Position numbers and translations under genes: made by a program. From NCBI RefSeq assembly GCF_002571385.2, contig NW_019217966.1, positions 411,359 through 475,358 of the forward strand: DNA of 64,000 nt. Direction: 5' to 3'. This DNA comes from Stylophora pistillata (lineage: Eukaryota). Positions within the stretch are counted from its first letter, which is position 1; the number at the start of each line of letters is the position of its first letter. This document shows, piece after piece, positions 37,601-52,600 of this stretch. Below the pieces are notes generated by a model, which saw nothing but the letters and a program-made list of their open reading frames with translations, had not been told where the DNA came from and ran no database searches.

Positions 37601-40600
37601 CCGAGAAGACTAGAATATCTCCATTTCTTGTTATAGAAAGGTAGGAAATTTTCCTCAGTTATTTTAAGACTGCCTCCTGGTTAGCTCAATGGATAGAGCA
37701 CTGGACTGTTGTGCATGAGGTCGAGGGTTCGATCCCTGGCCGAACCAACACTCAAGGTCTTAAAATAATTGAGAAGAATATGCTACCTTTCTATAACATC
37801 AAGAAGTGGTTAGATATTCTAGTCTTCTTGGATAGGGACGAATAAATGGAGGTCCCGTCTCCTGCAGGGTTAGGGGTAGGAGACATTAATTTCCCCTGCA
37901 CGAGATTGAGTGCATTGAGCTCAGCCAGGACAGTTCAGCTCCAGGTGGCTTTTGGCCAATCTGGTTTTCTTTTACCAGGAGGGATCAAGTGCAGGGCAGC
38001 CTTAGGGTCAGGGAGCATGATCCATACTTTAGAAAAGAGGGATCTCTCTTTACTTTTCTTCACCATTTCTTATGCCACTGACAATTCTGTTATTTACTCT
38101 TTTGTCTTCAGAGTTGAGGCTGCATCAGATATTGTTGCTTTTCCTGATCTGATCTGGGATGCTCACTGGCTGTACGAAGATGAGATGCCAAAACTAGTGG
38201 CTATTGCAACTGCGCACAATGCTGTATGGTGCTGGGATTGGCAGCATGATGTAAAACAGTTGGTTGCCCAATGTGAAGAGCCATGTATATTGTATCCTTT
38301 TTTACAGGCTTCTTAGATCATAAAATGTTTCTCACTCTGAACTGAAAGTTTTGTGTTTAATCCTTCAACTTCCGAGATCCAATGAGTATTCGTCCACTTA
38401 ACTCCCTAATGTTTCCTGATAATTTAAACAAGAAAATTTGGTCAAGATAACCTTCACTAGCTGACAAGCTTGTCTGCTCTCCTAGCCTTTTCAGGGAGAA
38501 TTTACATGTTGGTCACTTCTGGGAATTGAAGGGTTAAGTCTAAAGGTGACCCTGGTTGTTTCTCTTGTGTTGTGGAGCCAGACACCTATCTCTCACAGTT
38601 CTTTTTTTTTCCTCCTCCCCCCCTCCTTCCTGGAATTTAAATGGTTACCAGTAATCTTTAACCAATGCTGGACTAGCATCCCATCCAATAAGAGTTACAA
38701 CACTTCTGATTACTTCATGTTGCAGGAATTAGGATAAGCAGAAGTCAAGAAATTAAACCTTATTTTACAAGTGTGTTTCCTTTAGATGCCTTCCCTTGTT
38801 TGTGAGAGATGCTTTTAACCCCTTACACCCTAAGAGTGGTAAGCATTTAATTTATCCCAACAGTTTCACCCCTAAATAAAAAATTAAGGTCACCAGAATA
38901 GAGGAAAATTAATGATAATAATTTACGTTGTGAAGGGTCAGCATACTGAAAATAACTTATGATAAGCTAGAGAAGTTTGACAGTTGAATCAGGAGTTTAC
39001 CAACTTAGTTCATATACAGACTAACTTCCCTCTGAATTATGGTTTAATGGCAGAAGTTAATTGGCTAGGGGTGAACTCACAGAATTGTGGGGATTTTTTC
39101 CTGTAATGTATTCCTTTGTTGTTGTTGTTTTTTTATACCTTTTAATTGTTNCATCACTCCTTTTCTTCACAACAGTCAACGTGTCATCAGCTTCAGGGTC
39201 TAAAGTAACACAAAGACATTCCCTGTAAAAGGCTATTAAATTGAAGGTTGAGATGTAGGATGAAGTTTATAACTCCAGGACTGGTGCAGCTAAGGGTTGC
39301 ATATGATACATACATACATAGGTTAATTGACCACTCACCATAGGGGCTTTTCAGGGCCAACACCCACCCATCCCACCCCAGGGGAGGACATCCACCACAC
39401 AGTAATCTTGTGCATGGGAAATTAATGTCTCCTACCCCTAACCCTGTAGGAGACGGGGCCTATGGTTTATTTGTCCTTATCCGAGAAGACTAGAATATCT
39501 CCATTTCTTGTTATAGAAAGGTAGGAAATTTTCCTCAGTTATTTTAAGACTGCCTCCTGGTTAGCTCAATGGATAGAGCACTGGACTGTTGTGCATGAGG
39601 TCGAGGGTTCGATCCCTGGCCGAACCAACACTCAAGGTCTTAAAATAATTGAGAAGAATATGCTACCTTTCTATAACATCAAGAAGTGGTTAGATATTCT
39701 AGTCTTCTTGGATAGGGACGAATAAATGGAGGTCCCGTCTCCTGCAGGGTTAGGGGTAGGAGACATTAATTTCCCCTGCACGAGATTGAGTGCATTGAGC
39801 TCAGCCAGGACAGTTCAGCTCCAGGTGGCTTTTGGCCAATCTGGTTTTCTTTTACCAGGAGGGATCAAGTGCAGGGCAGCCTTAGGGTCAGGGAGCATGA
39901 TCCATACTTTAGAAAAGAGGGATCTCTCTTTACTTTTCTTCACCATTTCTTATGCCACTGACAATTCTGTTATTTACTCTTTTGTCTTCAGAGTTGAGGC
40001 TGCATCAGATATTGTTGCTTTTCCTGATCTGATCTGGGATGCTCACTGGCTGTACGAAGATGAGATGCCAAAACTAGTGGCTATTGCAACTGCGCACAAT
40101 GCTGTATGGTGCTGGGATTGGCAGCATGATGTAAAACAGTTGGTTGCCCAATGTGAAGAGCCATGTATATTGTATCCTTTTTTACAGGCTTCTTAGATCA
40201 TAAAATGTTTCTCACTCTGAACTGAAAGTTTTGTGTTTAATCCTTCAACTTCCGAGATCCAATGAGTATTCGTCCACTTAACTCCCTAATGTTTCCTGAT
40301 AATTTAAACAAGAAAATTTGGTCAAGATAACCTTCACTAGCTGACAAGCTTGTCTGCTCTCCTAGCCTTTTCAGGGAGAATTTACATGTTGGTCACTTCT
40401 GGGAATTGAAGGGTTAAGTCTAAAGGTGACCCTGGTTGTTTCTCTTGTGTTGTGGAGCCAGACACCTATCTCTCACAGTTCTTTTTTTTTCCTCCTCCCC
40501 CCCTCCTTCCTGGAATTTAAATGGTTACCAGTAATCTTTAACCAATGCTGGACTAGCATCCCATCCAATAAGAGTTACAACACTTCTGATTACTTCATGT

Positions 40601-43600
40601 TGCAGGAATTAGGATAAGCAGAAGTCAAGAAATTAAACCTTATTTTACAAGTGTGTTTCCTTTAGATGCCTTCCCTTGTTTGTGAGAGATGCTTTTAACC
40701 CCTTACACCCTAAGAGTGGTAAGCATTTAATTTATCCCAACAGTTTCACCCCTAAATAAAAAATTAAGGTCACCAGAATAGAGGAAAATTAATGATAATA
40801 ATTTACGTTGTGAAGGGTCAGCATACTGAAAATAACTTATGATAAGCTAGAGAAGTTTGACAGTTGAATCAGGAGTTTACCAACTTAGTTCATATACAGA
40901 CTAACTTCCCTCTGAATTATGGTTTAATGGCAGAAGTTAATTGGCTAGGGGTGAACTCACAGAATTGTGGGGATTTTTTCCTGTAATGTATTCCTTTGTT
41001 GTTGTTGTTTTTTTATACCTTTTAATTGTTTTTCTTTAACTCTTTTTTTTTTTTTTTCGGTTAAGATATTCTGCATGTTTCTTTGGATATGATTTACAAA
41101 ATTTAATCATAGCATCTGGGACAGTTTTTAATCAAGTCCTTCTTTGGAGAGTGCGAGGAAAAAAAGATGAAAGTAACCGAACACAGATTCTCCAGAGGCT
41201 CACAGGCCACTCAGGAGTTATTTTTGCTATAAACTTCAACAAACAAGGAACAATTTTGAGTTCTGTTTCAGATGACAGGAGCATACGACTGTGGAAAATA
41301 ACAAACTTATCCACACTTGAATCAAATGGCCGCGTGGAACCTTTGCTTGTTGTATATGGGCATTCTGCACGAGTTTGGAATGCAAAATTGTTAGAGATGT
41401 GTTTTGTTAGTATCGGAGAGGACTTGGTGTGCAATGTGTGGAGTTATGATGGGAGCATTTTGAAGTCTTATAAAGGTCATACAGGTAGAAGGCTACTTTG
41501 GGACACCTTAAATAATTTTATTTTACATGTCAAGTACGTGTGCCAGCTGCCAACCCAAGGAAAGCTATACAGTAAAAACCTGCTTGTAAGAACCTAGTTT
41601 TTTTCATGTCTGGTAAAATAGGTTCTTATGTTTTGGGGTATTTACTGACAACTTAGGCAAAACAGGTTCTTAATAGGTTCTTAAAATATCTTTAATGCCA
41701 GACTTAATTTTCTATACTATACTGTACAATACACTGTGTACTGAACAATGTACTTAATTATACAGTTTAGAAGATTATACCTAGGAGTACATTTTTTTTA
41801 ACTTGCTTTGATACATAACTGGGAGCCATAAATACAGTGGGGAAACTGTATTGTGACATGTTTTATGGAAGTATCAAATGTATAGAAAACATTTATTTTA
41901 TAGTTACAGACATATTTTGCTACAACATTGTTTCATTATCCAGAATGACTCTTCATATAAGAACCATGCAGNNNNNNNNNNNNNNNNNNNNNNNNNNNNN
42001 NNNNNNNNNNNNNNNNNNNNNNNNNNNNNNNNNNNNNNNNNNNNNNNNNNNNNNNNNNNNNNNNNNNNNNNNNNNNNNNNNNNNNNNNNNNNNNNNNNNN
42101 NNNNNNNNNNNNNNNNNNNNNNNNNNNNNNNNNNNNNNNNNNNNNNNNNNNNNNNNNNNNNNNNNNNNNNNNNNNNNNNNNNNNNNNNNNNNNNNNNNNN
42201 NNNNNNNNNNNNNNNNNNNNNNNNNNNNNNNNNNNNNNNNNNNNNNNNNNNNNNNNNNNNNNNNNNNNNNNNNNNNNNNNNNNNNNNNNNNNNNNNNNNN
42301 NNNNNNNNNNNNNNNNNNNNNNNNNNNNNNNNNNNNNNNNNNNNNNNNNNNNNNNNNNNNNNNNNNNNNNNNNNNNNNNNNNNNNNNNNNNNNNNNNNNN
42401 NNNNNNNNNNNNNNNNNNNNNNNNNNNNNNNNNNNNNNNNNNNNNNNNNNNNNNNNNNNNNNNNNNNNNNNNNNNNNNNNNNNNNNNNNNNNNNNNNNNN
42501 NNNNNNNNNNNNNNNNNNNNNNNNNNNNNNNNNNNNNNNNNNNNNNNNNNNNNNNNNNNNNNNNNNNNNNNNNNNNNNNNNNNNNNNNNNNNNNNNNNNN
42601 NNNNNNNNNNNNNNNNNNNNNNNNNNNNNNNNNNNNNNNNNNNNNNNNNNNNNNNNNNNNNNNNNNNNNNNNNNNNNNNNNNNNNNNNNNNNNNNNNNNN
42701 NNNNNNNNNNNNNNNNNNNNNNNNNNNNNNNNNNNNNNNNNNNNNNNNNNNNNNNNNNNNNNNNNNNNNNNNNNNNNNNNNNNNNNNNNNNNNNNNNNNN
42801 NNNNNNNNNNNNNNNNNNNNNNNNNNNNNNNNNNNNNNNGTTGCCATGTTCCCATCAATCACGTAGCTCCATTTTCTGCCTTTAAAAGCACACACAACCC
42901 ACAATTCCTCTATTCGCTCCAACAAAGGGCTAACGCTCGAAATGTCAGCTTTTATAACCGTAACGGTGGCCAATTTACCATTTCAACTTTGTTGATATAT
43001 TCAAATTATTTCATTACCCCCACTGATGCAGTGCCAAACAGTTTCTTTGAAACTATCAGCCTTTATTCATTTGTACAATACACTGTGTACTGAACAATGT
43101 ACTTAATTATACAGTTTAGAAGATTATACCTAGGAGTACATTTTTTTTAACTTGCTTTAATACATAACTGGGAGCCATAAATACAGTGGGGAAACTGTAT
43201 TGTGACATGTTTTATGGAAGTATCAAATGTATAGAAAACATTTATTTTATAGTTACTGACATATTTTGCTACAACATTGTTTCATTTTCCAGAAAGACTC
43301 TTCATATAAGATCCATGGAGGTTTTGCTGGGTAAACAGGTTCTTATATTTCTGGGTTTCAAAATCCAAAATTTTTGCCAAAAAGGTTCTTAAATACTAGG
43401 TTCTTACCCGCGGGTTTTTACTGTATTTGGTTTCTGAAAGTTATAATGATTCTACCTTGAGTGTTAAAAGCACTCCAGGTGGGCATTTTGTTTGAGTTGA
43501 AATCTTTCCTCTCCATTTGAACCTGGAGTTACCATAATAATCAATAAATTCCAAGTTTTTTCTGCTCAGATTAGTTGCCCAAGTGCAAACCGCGTGGGCC

Positions 43601-46600
43601 TTAGATCCAAGCAGAGAAAATTACTAACTCAGTAATGACTGTAAGTTTCAGTGTGAAATAAGAGAAAACGGTCAGTAAAAGAGAGATTTTGATTTGACCC
43701 ATGCATAATCTTTCACAGGTCGCAACATCTGGAGTCTTGCCATCAACCAAGATGAAAATCTTATAGCCACAGGTGGTGGAGATGGAAGCATCAGGCTGTG
43801 GCCATTATCAAATCCTGATCACAACAGCAATGCCATTTCAAGAGAAGCTCGTCTACCTTCCTTAGATACCAAAGCTGACAATGAGATAAAAACAAAGAAA
43901 ACCAAAAAGGAGGATTATCCAAGATTTGTGAGCTTACTGGACCAGTCTAACTTGTTGATCATGACAAATGATGGGTGGGTAATTGTATTTTGTCAACAGT
44001 TTTCTCAACAATCACAGTTTTTTAAGAAGTTTTCCAAGAAGTTTTCCATTTGAGAGAATTGGTCATGTAAGAGAGGAGACCATCTCAACTTATGACAAAG
44101 GAGTAGCTCTTGGCCTTTTTTTCATACCTGTTTCAGATGTTCTTTGTTTGTTATTTAACTCTTTTACTACTTGGAGTGCTCAACAAACTGACCATCTGTT
44201 AATAAAAATACTTTTCAGATATCAGATTCTAAGATCCAGAGACTTCATAAGTTAAACTTTAACCTGTCCAAACCTTTTATTTAATATGCATTCTGTCATG
44301 AATGAAGTGCACCAACCTCCAAGACATAGCGGGCTGGACATCTGCAGGAACAAGAATTACTTTTTGTTACCTCTAGAAATGCACTCCTAGAAATGTAACA
44401 ATAATATGAAATAATAGAGCGCAGTTTTCACTTGGTATAAAAAAAACAAAACCAATTGAAAGTAACCACATCCGCAAATCAGGGCGAAGGTCAGCATGAT
44501 CTTTAGCCAATTAGAACTCAAATTAAAAGTGGGCAAACTGTAAGAAATGCAGAAAAACGTGAATGACCAAATCATGATTGGTTCTAGTTTTGAATCTGGT
44601 TTGTTGAGGTGTGATGAGTTTCTGGACCAATCATCGAGTGAAGTAAAGCAAAACCAATCATGGGTTTCTTTGTACACTCAATTGAAGACAGTTCTCTATT
44701 ACCCATTGCTAATTAAAAGTATCATTCATCCTCCTCTTCTATCCAGGTGTCTGTATAAGTACAACTGGATGAATGACAAGAGTTCTCTCGCAGACCACAA
44801 TGTCTTGTCACTAAGTTCAAACACTGATCACTCAAATCATAAAGAACAATCATGGATGCTGCTACTCAAAGATGCAGAGTATTCCTCTTATAGTGTTGTG
44901 GCTTTGTCTCCTTGTTGTAAGATGATTGCTTTTGGAAATTTGAAAGGAAAAATCAAACTGCAAGATGCAAGTGAGTAGGAACCAACATCATGATGGCTGT
45001 TGATCAAAAGCAATAGAGCTTTAACAAAAACAACAACTGCTTTGTTCCTTCAGAAATGTTATAGATGGATTTTGTTCTTGTTTAATAATGATTTTCTAGC
45101 TGAAATATTCTGCAAAAGATTTCCACGTCCTCTAACGGATGGCCAAATTTTTTGAACCCCTATCACTCTATTACCTTGGTTTCCAAAACCACTGGAGCTC
45201 CCATTTGCTTTGGATTTCTAACCAGCTCATGTCTCATTCAAAGTTCTTCGATTGAAGGCATAGAATTTATAGTAAAAGCCTAGGACTTTATTGAATGTAC
45301 TAAGAAGTATTGTAAATACAATTATGAAAATACCCAAAAGTAACCTTTTCTAACCATTTTCACTGCATTACCGCAGTAGGGTAAGACTAGAATGGAACAT
45401 ATGCGAACCATGTGAATAGTCCATCCAATAAATCCCATTCATCCCACCCTAGGGGAGGACATCCATCACACAGTAATCTCATGTGTGGGAAATTAACATC
45501 TCCTACCCCTAACCCTGTAGGAGAGGGGACCTCCATTTATTGGTCCCTATCCGAGAAGACTAGAATATCTAACCTTTTCTTAACGTTATAGAAAGGTAGC
45601 ATATTCTTCACAATTATTTTAAGACCTTGAGTGTTGGTCCGGCCGGGACTTGAACCCTCTACCTCCTGCACAACAGTCCAGTGCTCTATCCATTGAGCTA
45701 ACTGGGAGGCGGTATTTTGGAATGTATGACAGACAATGTTGAGAATTGATAACTTGATGGTGGGAGTCAAAGGGTTAAGTTGTCTAAATTCTCTCACCAG
45801 ATTTCAATCACCCCAGTGTTGAACTACAGGCATACTCAGGTAAGGTTCACAGTCTGCTTTGGAGCCAGCAGTATTCTCCTCGGCATCTCTTTTCGTGTGG
45901 GCCAGATGGACAATTCACATGGTGGAATATCATTTGCACCAAAGGAGAAACTACTACATTTGATGTGAACCCTTTGTGCGTCTTCATTCTTCCACCATCC
46001 AAGCAACGTTGGGCATCAGCCATTGAAATCTTCCAAACAACTGATAAAGAGATGTGGACGAGTGAATCTGCTGTGGTAGTCTGTGGAGATAGAAAAGGGT
46101 CATTGCATTTGTTTGATCCTAACATTGGTGATTTGTCCGCTGAAAAGGCAGGTTGTATAGTCCTCAGATTTAAGATTCATAGTTAATTTCACAGCAACCA
46201 TGACAACCACCTGCATTTTTTGTTTCTTACAAATGGAAGCAAGTGTCCAGTATTAACCCTGTAAACCCTTATATCAGTTTCCATATTCTCCATTCTGTTC
46301 TCTATACTTTGTTGGCAGGCACGCACTGACAAGGAGAATTTGTTTAACAATAAAAGCTTCTCAGCTATAAAAATTTGAAAAAGTAGGTGGTCAATATCCA
46401 GTCATCTTGACCTGGCACTTGGTCAATAATGTATATTTCACAACTTCAATACACTGTCAAACAGACAGTTACTAAAATAAATTTAAAATTATCATCCTTG
46501 ATGTTTTTTCTTGATAACAGCTTACAAACCTCGCTTGCAGGGTCTCTCCTCTTCTTACCCTCCTTGTGACACCAGTGGGGTGGGAAGGGGAGAAATCCTA

Positions 46601-49600
46601 GAAACCAGTTAGACAGCCTACAATGGAAGTTATGGTTATCAGTCAGGCGATCAAGAGTTCAGTCATTGTTTGTTTGTTTGTTTGTGTTTTTGAGTGCAAT
46701 GGATAGTAAAGAGTACTCATCAATTCTGGTAAAAGAAAAACAAAGAACTTGAACTCTTCACCGTGAACTAAAAAAAGTTGTTGAGATATATTAATATTTG
46801 AATCTTTCAGTGTATTGGCCCAGCACATTCCCTTCCTTTGCTTCATGGTAAAGCTGGAGTAAGCCACCTGTGCCTTCCTAATAACACAATATACTCAGCT
46901 GGGAGAGATGGAGTGTACAGACAGCTTAGAATACAAAACAATACTTTGGAGGTTATAGATACCAAAAAGGTAAATATGATATAGCTCCCAAGTTCTGATT
47001 ATTAATTCTCCCTTATAGCTGATACAAATCCCCTGTGAATTAGTTACAAGAATTTGGTGTTAGATCAGGATAACAGCTTCTACCTGATAAGTGTGAGTTT
47101 GCTTGATGATGTATGGATATTATAGGGGGAAGCTACATGTCTGGCTTGTACCAGCAACCTAACCTGGTACCAATGGTGTAAGCCAGCAAAGCAGTGACCC
47201 TGGGGGATGCATGGACTGCACTTTAAGCAAGTGCAAAAAAGACACCTGAAAAAAATTCAGGCTTTAACTAGGATTGGAAGTTGTGGCCTCCAAGATGCTA
47301 GTTGGGTGCTACATCTACAAAGTGTCTTAAAGGCACAGAAGCCTACATCTTCTTTTTCAGGCTTTTCTGTAATTATTGCTTAATTTGCAGTTGACCTTTG
47401 TGAATCTTGCCTTTGCTTGATTTTCATCTGCAGGTCAAATCAGATTTACTTCATTAGAAAAAAAAAAAACTTAAAGCTAACCTACTTATTAAAAACTCTT
47501 TAGGTTTATAAAGGCTTAGACTGGGTCGAGCGGCTGCTGTTCACAGACAATGGAGATCTTCTCATTGCAGGCTTCCATGCTGTAAGACATTTTAAGTGTA
47601 TTTTTTTGCCAAAAATTTTATTTGCTAGTGCAGGATACAAGTTAAATTCTTTTACTTCTTTTCGATTTTGTTGTATCTCACCACACAGGCATATTTTGTA
47701 TTATGGAGTGTACAGCTCAATGAGCTCTTGTGGAGAGTGACGTGTGGTGGAGCGCACAGAGTCTGGGACCTAATCCTTGAACAGTCGGTACATAATCAAG
47801 TGCTAGTACAAGAAATCACGCACACATGTGCACTCAAGGATTTTGAGATTTTTTGATAAGAGTGGTGCTTTGAAAGTTTTCACAAATTTTATCTTACATT
47901 TGATTAATGTCATTTTTGATAATTTTTTACCTGTTGGAAATCCTTGACTAACCTGCTCACCACAAATAAGCCCCCAGAGGTTACAATCATCCCCCCCCAT
48001 TGAAATAGTTACCTCCCTCCTTCCCCCCTTCCATATTTTTATGGATGAGAGCTGAGACAACAAGGAATTTATAGTGTTAGTTGTGTCTGTTATTTCTTGT
48101 TTGGCCTTGAATAGATATACCATACTTTCTTCAAAATAATTAGCAATTATACACTGAAGTGGAGGTGTATAGAGGTGTACAATTATTTACTGAGCTGCAG
48201 TGGTGAGGTAAATATCCACCACTTTCACGGATACTGATGTGAATATACCACAAAGATACCAAAAATTAAGTTTGTTTCTTTCAGTATATTGAAAAATGGT
48301 CAGAAATTAAACTGTTGAAGGGTGTTTTTGTCTCATCTGCTGCTCGGAGGTGAATAGTACTTGCTATTCAGTTCCGAACTAGCCAATCAGTGCGCGTGAA
48401 AAGAACTATTCACTTGTGTGGTATATACTAACAAAAATCATACTGACTGCTAATTGTATCTGTTAAAAGAGATCAGTGTTGAATATTGATACTCAGCTTA
48501 GGTAATTTCTATTCTGTGGAAATACTGCACAATAGAAAGGAAGCGTCACATTTATTCATGATTTAGGAAAACATGATTAACCCTTCCCTGGGATAAACCT
48601 CCCTTGAATTGACTCCTTCCATATTCTCCTAACTTTGAAGAAAGTGTCATGGACGTGATTTGAGGATATATGGCATTTATCACCAGGATTCATCTGTTCG
48701 TGGAGGAGTGCTGGCCTTTATCAAAGACTCCACCATTTACACGCACAAGATGACCTTCCAGTGTGAGCTGAAAAGGACGATGTTGAAGGTAGTCAACTTT
48801 GCTAAGTACATATTTTTACTGGTTGTGACACGTAATAATTGTACATTTTAATGTTGATGATCCTACTCATGCTGGTATTAGGGTCCTTAAGCAAACCACA
48901 ACCGCAACGACAATGAGGACGTGGCAAAATAAAAAATCTACTGGGCAGAATAATTGCTCAGCTCATGCTTTTTAAAACTTTGTTCATTTCTTTAGCCATC
49001 CCCCACAAAACAACGACGCGAAATCACCAATAACAAAATCCCGTGGTTTAAGAATGGAAACCTTATAAGGCATATTATGAAAGTTTCCATGTGGAAGTCA
49101 ACGCTGCCCACTTAGTTAAAGTGTGTTGCTATACACATCCACCCATTCACAAATTCTAACTAAAAATATAAGTTCATTTTCTTATCTACATCTTCCTTGG
49201 CGTTGCTGTCCTGACTGCTTTTAATCAGTTGAAAAATTAATAAGGATCTTAAAAGGTTTCTATTAATTTTCACAGGTCTACCATGTGAATTTTTTAGAGA
49301 ATTTACCCCTCTATATAATCAATCTTTATTTATAATACCGCTTTTTTTTTCTAATTCACAGTCAGGTTTTCATGGACGAGAAGTGACGTGTATTTGTCAT
49401 GTAGATTCACTTGTGGGGCAACAAGGTAGGCAACTCAAGAAAACAAATGTAGAGGTGACTTTAAACCCAATCATGTTTTAGTTTTTTACAGTTACATGTA
49501 ACAGGAGTTGGAAAATTGCTAAGGTCAGACTCCATCTGAGAGGAGATTCAAATACTGTAGTTGCTTCAATTAGCTTGAGGGATGGGGGAGGGGTGGGGGA

Positions 49601-52600
49601 CTTAGCTTATTAATATTCGTGTTCTTGGGGAAGGGGGAAAGGAGGATTTTAAAGAGTGAGTGGGCCTGCTCAGCTTCCACATATACGATGTACAGTATGT
49701 CTTTGGTTGAAAAACTTGCAAAAGTCTTCCTATATACTAGACCAAATGAAAGACAATACTACTCACCAATTACAGGGCTTTGCTTCTTTCTCCTGTATGT
49801 TTATATTGAAGCTTTTGTTTACGAAGAGAGGGAGGGCGGTGGTTAGGGTAGGGGTGGAAACCTGTTGCTCTGGATGGAAGGGGGGAGGGCTTACCAGAGA
49901 GGGTAACTTACAAAAATCTTGGAGCTTTAGATAGACTGGGGTGGGGCCTATTCGAGTGTTAATGCCATATATAAATTGAAAGTAACCGTTGTACCAAACA
50001 GCACCAGAACGATTAACAAAGTTTAATGATTAGTTCCACTTACGGTGTTGAAGTGTTTCTTCAGCTGTTTGACTCGCTGGTTTCTTTTTCAGGTGGTATT
50101 AGTGACATAGTTGTGACAGGGAGCGAAGATACAAACATCCAGCTAATGATTTGTATCCATTTGTTTAACAGTTAGAGCAGTTTGTTTATTTTTTAACGCC
50201 ATTCAGTGGCAAGAAGGTCTTTACTGCTGAAAAGTTATGTAAAATATTTAGTAATTATACTGAGTGGGGTCAAACTTTTCCATTGGGTAACTATGTTCCA
50301 CTGGAATTGAGGCGCATTTGAAAAGTTTGTTATTTATTTATTTATTTAATTCGGTATTGAAAATTTCGAGTTTGTTAACGAGTACAGATAAATCCCGATA
50401 GTACAAATTGCTTCTGACAAATCGTCAAATTTTGAGTTAGCCGAAGCCATGGTGTAATAACAGTGGAGTGTTGAATTTGAACCACGGCTACGATAGTGAC
50501 GTCAAGGAGGTTGTTTCGTCACAACCCAATATCACGTGGTTCAAATCAGCCAAGCAGAAAATCGGAATTCGTACAATGTATGAAAGTTGAATAATTCTTT
50601 TTTAGCTTACCAATTCATACAAGTCATTAGACACATAAAGATACCATCATGGCCGCAGGAAATTATTTACTTGACAAGGATTCCAGGCTCTGATCCATGA
50701 AGCTTGAATTATAACTTTGCCTTTTTTGAAGAGTTCACCGGAAAGTGCCGCTGTGTTAGAAAATGTCGAAAAATTGAAAGTGAACTGCCATTATTTCAAT
50801 GTATTTGGGAGTGAGAGAATATCGATACTTTCTGATATCTTCTTTCATAGATTGTTTCCTTAACTTTCGTTTTCTCAGCTGACCGTTCCACTGGCGTGAC
50901 CTCGTCAGTTTTCACTGCCCATGGCCATATATCTAGTGTCCGTGCCTTAAGCGCCACAAGATCCCCGCGGCCAAACTTACAGCCAAAGGAACAGAAAAAC
51001 GCTTACCCCAAAGGTGATAGGACACATCATCTTCTCTTTTCTGGCGGGGGCCGTGCTTCACTCAAGTGCTGGCGCGTGGATCTGTCATTCATCGATGATA
51101 GTCGCCATGGGGATAAGATGACGTCTTCACCTTTGGTTTTTCTTGGAGAATATTCGTTTCGCTTCAGTAATCGCCGGCGGAGACGAAGGAAACACGATTT
51201 GCCGTCCTTGTCAGAGATAAGGTTTATGTCTTTGACGTCGTTAAGTGCTGCAAGTTTGAAGGAAAGCTGTCAGTCGTTGTATTTTGTCTTGGCAGCTTGC
51301 TCAGATGGGTTTGTTAGGTGCGTGTGATCCTTTTTTTTCCCCTCTTTTTTCTCCTAAAACAAGAAGAGTCTGGCATGTTATTTTAGTAAGTAGACTCTTT
51401 GCAACGAGAATATCATTTCATACTTTTTTCTAGAATTTAGAGAATGAAGCTGAAGAGTTTAACTCTTCCCTCTCTGAATCTTTGGTTTACAGCTCGGGTA
51501 GCGTCGATCCTTTCGCTGAATGTTTTGTTTGTTTCCTCTCCCATTTTTTTTTTTTTTATGCTTTTTTAGAGACTTGATTTAGAGATTTAACGGTTACCTT
51601 GTTTAAATCACTGTAAGATCGACCTTCATTAAAGAATCAGAGGGCGGAAGCCACCCAAACTGCGCCCTCTTATTTTGGTAGATGGAAAATGATAAATGTT
51701 AATGAAGTATAAAACGAATGAATTGGAGTCTCCCGCTTTGCCCCGAAGATTATTTGGGGGGAGGTGTAGCCAAGGTCTAGGATGCTCTGTGTGCTCGCTG
51801 ACGTACAATTTGCGGTTGATACAACACTTATGGCTGCTTCGTGCATGGTGCGTGCCTAGGAGGGTAGGGCTGTCCTTAGATTTCTTGCTGAAAACGTTCA
51901 TGCTCAATGTACCTATCCCCTCCCCCCACAAGTCTACGCTCTTTGTTACTATTAACAGCATTTGCACGATTTTGTGGTCATTCTATGGGAGAGTGCAGAT
52001 GCACATGGGGTAACCACCCGTGTGGTTCTGCATAAACTTCATTCTGGTGTCTTTTAAAATCAACTTGCGAAGAAATCCTTTTAGGGCAAAGTCTTGTACA
52101 ATTTAGTAGTGTTGAAAAATGATTTTCTTTTCTTTAAAATATTTCTTCAGTGACTTAAAACAGTGATCTCTTCTCTCTAAAGAATTTTTAGCTTTGATGA
52201 GCGACGAAACAGGTTTTCTCTCTTGGGTCAGTCCCTGTACCTCAAACGCTGTGTGCTCACAATCAGTCACGTGGTTGATTGTTGTGCAAGTGGTGATCCG
52301 CTGGTTGTGATGTTTGCCGGCGACACAGCTGGAAGAATTTCTTGTTGGGACATCACTTCATTGTTATGTAACCATCTACGGGAATATTGAGACTTGACGA
52401 GCGTGGAGGACATGTTGATGACAAATGATGTGAAGTCAGAAAAGGAAACGCATTCTGCAGTGGACTCGTTAGTGGAAAATGCACAAGAAACTGTCGATAA
52501 TAATGATAGTGAAAAGAAAGTTTTAGACGCGCACGTCTCCGTAGAAAAGTGTGATACACCTCAAGCTAGAATAGCTGTTTTGGGCTCTGCAAGTTGTGTG

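Noticed and set aside
37671-37747. tRNA gene
   Set aside because: Poor acceptor and anticodon stems, and it is fused to a repeated SINE body; same for 25270-25342 and 45636-45712
35899-43093. Long ORFs in the track (182, 418, 335, 345, 301 aa)
   Set aside because: Made of N runs
41722-43320. Direct repeat flanking the gap (41722-41971 vs 43071-43320)
   Set aside because: Near-identical gap-flanking overlap, most likely two haplotypes
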